DNA from: Eledone cirrhosa
Lineage: Eukaryota
Direction of reading: 5' to 3'
Assembly: GCA_964016885.1 (NCBI GenBank)
Contig: OZ024740.1
Span: 363,568,001-363,632,000, forward strand
DNA: 64,000 bases
Below are positions 58,623 through 64,000 of the stretch, piece after piece; the stretch's first letter is position 1, and every line of letters starts with the position of its first letter. The notes beneath the pieces were generated by a model. That model was not told where the DNA came from, did not search any database, and worked only from the letters and a program-made list of their open reading frames with translations. Made by a program: the position numbers and the translations under genes.

Positions 58623-60985
58623 CTATAGCACCTCTTTGTAGACGATATTGCGTGTCATCCTTTGAGGAGTGTAAGCAAAAAGTCCATTCCTGCTCCCTAT
58701 GCAGGAACAGGCAACATAAGTTGGCCATGGGAGAAGGGCTGTTCATAATGTTGCACAGGGAGTCGATTGCTATGCCGCCCTTGTCATCCGCAGGGACCTT
58801 GCCCTCACCAAGTGCTAAAATGTTCTGAGAAAATGCTGCAGACATGTTGTCACCATGCACATGAGCACGCATATTTGTGCTCAGGTACAAACTCTTCACC
58901 TGGAGCAATAACATGGACGACTTAAGACAGGCACGCACTTCATCAGCTCTTGTCCCTTTGGAGATGACAGGCAGCGTTTCTCGAAAATCCCCTGATAGCA
59001 GAAGGGTTACGCCACCCATAGGAGCCGTAGAATCCCTAATGTCTTTCAGGGTTCTGTACAATGCGCCAAGGGCACCCTTGTGTGCCATTGTGCACTCATC
59101 CCAAACAATGAGGCAACATTTTTTGAGAACCAGAGCTTTATGTGAACTCTTGCTGACATTGCATGTTGGTGTCTCAGTTTTTACTAAATCCAAGGGGAGT
59201 TTAAAGGTTGAATGTGCTGTCCTGCCTCCCGGCAGCAAAGTAGCAGCGATCCCGGACGATGCAACAGCCAACGAAATTTTTTTCTCCTGACGAATCTTAG
59301 CAAGTATTAATTTCGTTACAAAAGTTTTTCCGGTAGCCCCAGGAGCACCGAGAAAGTAAATACCCCCAATCTGATTTTGAACCGCGTCAATGATAGTTAA
59401 ATAGGCCAACCTTTGGTCCGACAGAAGTTTGGGCTCATTTTCCTCTAAGTATTGGGAAAGGGATTCGATGTCATATGCTGTTTCCCGCAACAAACCCGGG
59501 GCCAACATGTTAGCTTCCCCTCTGACGGTTGACGGCAAGCCATACGTCGCCAACTCACTCCCACCCATGTTGAGGAGGGCGTCCTCGATATCAATGAGTG
59601 CCCTGTTGTAGATAATGTCACTGTAACTAACTTCCACTGAAGTATATTGCAGATGAGCCAGGCGCAGGAAGTCCTCAGACATGAAGTCTCTGTACTTGAC
59701 CCATAAATATTTGGGATCACTCAATTCACACTTTTGAAGCAAAATGGCAAAAGTTCCCGTAGACCTTTAGGCGATTTCAGCAAAGCACCATCTGCTAAAG
59801 TGGAATCCCATTGCGAATCATCTTCCAAAAGACCACGCTTAAAGCAGGCTTCCCAGTACGTAAGACATATTTCTCCATCAACAGTTTTGAGGTCCTGAAA
59901 ACTCTGTGGGCCTACAACTTCATGCAGAAGAAGGCGGAGATGAAAGCATTAATGCTGATATTGGGGGCACAGTGTAAACCCTTCCAAGACAGCTGTCAAA
60001 TTTTACACCAGGATGTCTGTCAACAGCCTGACCTGACTTTCTTCGCACCCAAGTGTTTTTCGACCATATAAAGTAGGATGGAACCTGGGGGGTACACAAT
60101 TGTTTGTGCAAATGTATCGAACTGGTAAAGTTTGAAGAAACCCGTCAGAGTGGTCTCTTTCGGATCGGCGGCCAACTTGGTGGCGGTTTGGTCCGTAAAG
60201 TAAACCCTTTGTCCATTTTCCAAATGTACCACAAACTGTACAATGGCGGAGTGTCGTTGGTGTAGGGGTAAACCAAATAGGCGCCAAAAAGCTTCATTGC
60301 TACTGATGTACCGCCCCGCCAGGTATTCTGTGACCTCGTCCCTGCTATTTTCAGCTTGAAATGCGAACAATGCGGCATCACAGTCCTTATTTACATATTT
60401 GTATATGTATTTTATCGACTTGACGGAGTTGCAAAACTGAACGTTGATGTGGGCATTGAACATCTTCAAGAGAAGCGGGCAGTAAGGGACCACCCATCTA
60501 TTGTCGACTTGACCTCCCCTTACTGTTGTGGTGAAGCCACCGTTCTCGGGCCGTCTCCGCCTGTACAGGGGGTACCTGTCGCCACCAATCTGAGTCTGGT
60601 CAACAAATGTTTTTGGGTATCCCTTACTGCACGATACCCCTTTCAGACACGTGTGATGCTCATTAGGACCCGATGCACACGGACCATGTTAGCTTTGACG
60701 ATGTCATGTAATTCCTGGTCAGTTGCTGGGTTAAGGATTTCAGCTGAAATGAAGCTGTCTATGGCATTTGAATTGATTTTATCAGCTAACCAAATCAAAA
60801 TGTGAGCATGTGGCAGCCCTCGTTTTTGCCATTCGACGGTGAACATGTCACATTTTACTACCCCGAATACCTGACCCTTTTTTATTAAAGCCATGAGTTT
60901 AGCCAGTTTCAGTCTGAACACTCTGACAATGAGGTCATGTCTGTTTGAATAATTTTGCCCAGGAAAAAGTTCACGGGTTACATTC
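58623..60985 (-). pseudogene. Helitron Rep/PIF1-like helicase (RepHel) pseudogene
   Basis: HUH motif VEWQKRGLPHAHILIWL, Tyr motif KSIKYIYKYVNK, RYISSNEAFWR, Walker A GAPGATGKTF, GRTAHS, Walker B IVWDE, GDFR, and frameshifted C-terminus FSHGQLYVACS...TRNIVYKEVL*. Frameshifts and deletions throughout. Confidence 0.93.
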
Positions 60986-61088
60986 CGATTTATATGTCTA
61001 TAGCATTAATCTGTTATATGAAGTGTTATTTTGCGGGTTGTTATTTGCAATAAGCCAATTGAAAATGCCCCAGATAAGCTGTATGCCA

Positions 61089-61302
61089 ATACGGAACGCT
61101 CAATACGGCACACTCCACTGCAGTGTTGTCATATAGGGAGTGAAAAGCGACAGAGAGAGTAAAGCATTTAAATTATAGAGAGAGGGAATATACGGAACGC
61201 TCCATTTGACCATAAACATTGTTTCTCTCTCGGCAGTGTTGTCATATGGGGAGTGAAGAGCGACAGAGAGAGTAAAGCAGTTAAATTATAGAGAGGGGGA
61301 AT
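61089..61302. repeat. Two-copy ~100-113 bp tandem repeat in the Helitron 5' region
   Basis: 'atacggaacgctc...cagtgttgtcatat.gggagtgaa.agcgacagagagagtaaagca.ttaaattatagagag' occurs twice. Confidence 0.85.
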
Positions 61303-61951
61303 GATCATGATCGAATTTTGCCCTTATTGTTGATGGATTTGAAATTTGTTTGCTTCATGACCTTTTCCTGACCAAAAGCAATAATTGTCCCGACTTTGAA
61401 TAGAATCCGTTGGAAATTGTGGACGTGAATCCGTTACAAACCTTAACACACACATCCTCAGCTTTATATATATAGATATACGTCTGTACTAACATAGTAG
61501 TCATTTGGTGAGCAGCTTTGGGTGATTGACAGGTTACGCGTGAATGACTGCAACCATTGGTTCAATTTGAGTGGTCAAAGGATGGCGGTGACGTTTGAAC
61601 TACTAAACCAATGAAAAGGCTGTATTAATAGGATGATGTTAGCAGCTGTGGCTGGAACAGAAGGAATGTTTTGAATTGGATGGAATGCTTTGAATACACA
61701 AGACATATCTGAGGAACTTGCGAATGCAGAGTCGGGTTCGATCTGTAACAGATGTTGCCTTGAGCTGATCGACGGAGAAACATATGTAACATGTGAATAA
61801 ATTGTTTTGATGCATTACTGATTCCTCGTTATCTATAATAATATACTCTGCTCTGCGCAAGCATCGAGTGCTCAAATGGTATACCCAGATGTATTTATTT
61901 ATTATTTTTACACACTTTTTAACTCTCCCGCTTCCTTAACGTTATTTATCT

Positions 61952-62041
61952 AACTTTGCCTTTCATCCTTACGGGGTCAATAAAATAAAGTACCAGTAAT
62001 ACACTGGAATAATTGCTGGCCTTGTGCCAAAAGTAGAAACA
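61952..62041 (+). mobile_element. 5'-truncated SINE with 11-bp TSD
   Basis: Same family body. GTTATTTATCT at 61941-61951 and 62042-62052. Confidence 0.85.
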
Positions 62042-62052
62042 GTTATTTATCT

Positions 62053-62485
62053 TTAGAGGTACCCGGCGTTGCTCGGGTATTAAATAGCAGTTGTGTATAC
62101 CATTTATGTCAATACTTCAGTGCTACTTCGAAAACTATACTTTTACAAAATCATCGGATTTTTCCAAAAGAGGGTTCCTGGCCCAAGGGGTTCCCTATTC
62201 AATATGTGCCAATTCTGAGAGTTCACATTCATATGTAGGACAAACGTAGCCCATGTGTCAAGTTTTATGAAAATCGGTCGCGAACTCCAGAAGTTATGAC
62301 GTTTTGTTGCCTTGCACTGCAGTTCTTCAGTCGACTCCAAGGAACTGGTTAAAGGGGGTTATCTGCCTGGAGGCCCTATAATCAATATCTGGAAAAATGA
62401 AAGTGCCCATGACCATCCCGAGTACATAAGTAACCTATGTCTTAAGTTTGGTGAAAATACTGTAAAAATGCTTGAGGTTTATACA
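62053..62485 (-). mobile_element. Non-autonomous Helitron-like element
   Basis: Contains the identical CCCGGCGTTGCTCGGG hairpin (62062-62077) found at 58321-58336, next to a degenerate CTAG. Non-coding. The far boundary is approximate. Confidence 0.55.
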
Positions 62486-62964
62486 CGCGCGCTTGTGTGT
62501 GTGTGGGGGGGGGGGGGTATGTATTGGTGTGTGCGTATGTATGTGTATGTCCGTCGGGGCATACGTATGTACTGGCCTAAATCTTTACTATTTACTTTTA
62601 CTATTTTAATAACCTCTGTCATTTTCGTTTTCAATTTTATTTACATCATTCTTAAACTGGAAATCATTCTGTTATGTTAAATAGAATATTAGTCTAACGA
62701 CTCCATCTATACCATAAACTTGGTCTTATCTTTGCATGAAATTGTTCTTCCCGCTCCACATAACGACGTATTATCCTCGCTTTTTTCCGTTCATTGCCAG
62801 GGAACGTCTTCACGAACCAAAATACCGTCTTCCTGTTTTCGTTCGGTTGCATCGTTTCTCGAAATATTTACTTCTGCGTTCACAGATTACTCTCAGTTCA
62901 ATTTGAATGGGAAATTCCTGTTTCATCGATTTTCTCTCTTTTCTTTATTTTTTGTTCTCTATTC

Positions 62965-63260
62965 CGCAGAGAGGCGGGGGGTGAGGGAGAAAAATAGAGA
63001 GAGAGAGGGGGAAATTAGCAAGCGTTCATTAACTTTTATTTATTTATTATTTTTACGCATTTCTTAAATCTCCCAATGTTATTTATCTTTTATTTATTTT
63101 TTGTTTGCTATTGTGTAGAGGATGAGAGAGAGAAAGAAAGAGAGGAGATGAGAAAGAAAAAGGGGGTGAGGTGGATGGGGAGAGAAAGACAATAAGAAAA
63201 GAGAAAAGATGAGAGAGAAAAAAAGTAAAGAGGCAGGAGAGAGGGAGGGTGATTGGAGGG
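62965..63260. repeat. Purine-rich (GA)n-like low-complexity tracts
   Basis: Runs of GA/GAAA separated by a T-rich stretch. Confidence 0.7.
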
Positions 63261-63674
63261 ATTATTTAACTAACGTGTGTCCGCGTTTATATATATATTT
63301 ACACACACACATATGTGTTATGGGGGGTGGGGGGGGGGTCTTTAGCAGACGATATATGTTACCCTCAAAGCTTATTTTCTACATATGTCTAAAGAAATCA
63401 GATGCTTTTATAGAAGTATAGATGTATGTATTTAACAGACGAAAAAAAAAAACGGTATTTTTAAAAGATATTATTTGAATATATTATTTTCCGCTGTTAT
63501 TTGAATTAATACAGAAAATATTTTTTTTGTAGTGTTTGTCGTTTTTTTGGATACAATCTGAAATCCCAATATTTTCTACATATGTCTAAAATAAATTACA
63601 CCTTATATACATTCATATAAAGAGATCATTTAAAACAAGTTGTTTCTATTTCGGAAAGAGTGTGGTGTGTAATA

Positions 63675-63738
63675 TTGTTTCTACTTTTGGCATAAGGCCA
63701 GCAATTATTCCAGTGCATTACTGATACTTTATTTTATC
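63675..63738 (-). mobile_element. 64-bp 5'-truncated SINE with 15-bp TSD
   Basis: GTGTGGTGTGTAATA at 63660-63674 and 63739-63753 flanks the reverse complement of the SINE 3' end. Confidence 0.85.
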
Positions 63739-63765
63739 GTGTGGTGTGTAATAATATCACTTCAA

Positions 63766-64000
63766 ATGCCTAGAAAACATTCCAGATCATTATATGGAAG
63801 GTCATCTTCAGTGGCTAAGAGAAAGAAAACACAGCAATCTGAAGAAAGTGAAGAAGTTCGGCATGCCTGAGCAGGAGAACAAGCCACAAGTAAAATGAAC
63901 TGGCTGATGGGTGCTCTTTCTTATGACCCTCAAAAGGACTACAGCAGTAATCCACAAATCAACATTGGGAAAATGAACAAATGCTGCCAGTATTGTGGTG
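63766..64000 (+). pseudogene. N-terminus of another Helitron RepHel protein (runs off the window)
   Basis: MPRKHSRSLYGRSSSVAKRKK...HA*...GALSYDPQKDYSSNPQINIGKMNKCCQYCG. The YDP..DY......IG.M...C..C pattern precedes the Helitron N-terminal Zn-finger. One in-frame stop. Confidence 0.7.

Larger units (their letters stand above)
58309..61476 (-). mobile_element. Helitron, internally deleted, both termini intact
   Basis: On the minus strand it starts A|TCTATATATATAAAGC (61476) and ends CCCGAGCAACGCCGGG hairpin + CTAG|T (58312-58309). It is inserted between A and T and encodes RepHel remnants. Confidence 0.9.

Noticed and set aside
58546-59742. Host PIF1 helicase gene (398-aa ORF)
   Set aside because: It is intronless, adjacent to HUH Rep motifs, bounded by Helitron termini, and its C-terminus is deleted and frameshifted.
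62312-63421. Short ORFs at 62312, 62720, 62794 and 63209
   Set aside because: They run through low-complexity or TE sequence and have no recognisable motifs.

Overview
Eukaryotic, AT-rich, repeat-dominated DNA. The interspersed repeats resemble those of octopus/cephalopod genomes (inference). About 75% of the window (4361-52692, ~48 kb, ~1,600 units) is one tandem array of a 30-bp unit, consensus CCACAACACACATTACCTCC(CAATA/TGATG)CTGGT, with several levels of higher-order repeats. The main observation is that the array sits inside a dead piggyBac transposase gene and appears to be made from it. The acidic N-terminal region (4173-4360) reads in frame into the first units (…VPDFIENTDPQHTLRPDAGP…). 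The C-terminal half (DRFF, MGGVDKSDQ, KKWWRY, Cys-rich domain) resumes where the array ends (52693-53475). Left of the array are a probable terminal exon of a minus-strand host gene, SINE/MITE remnants and a decayed RTE-type LINE. Right of it is a dense set of dead or nested elements: a DD41D Tc1/mariner, a long-TIR mariner, TA microsatellites, SINEs with TSDs and three Helitron pieces. I found no intact protein-coding gene, RNA gene or CRISPR array. The hundreds of ORFs in the array are by-products of a nearly stop-free 30-mer.
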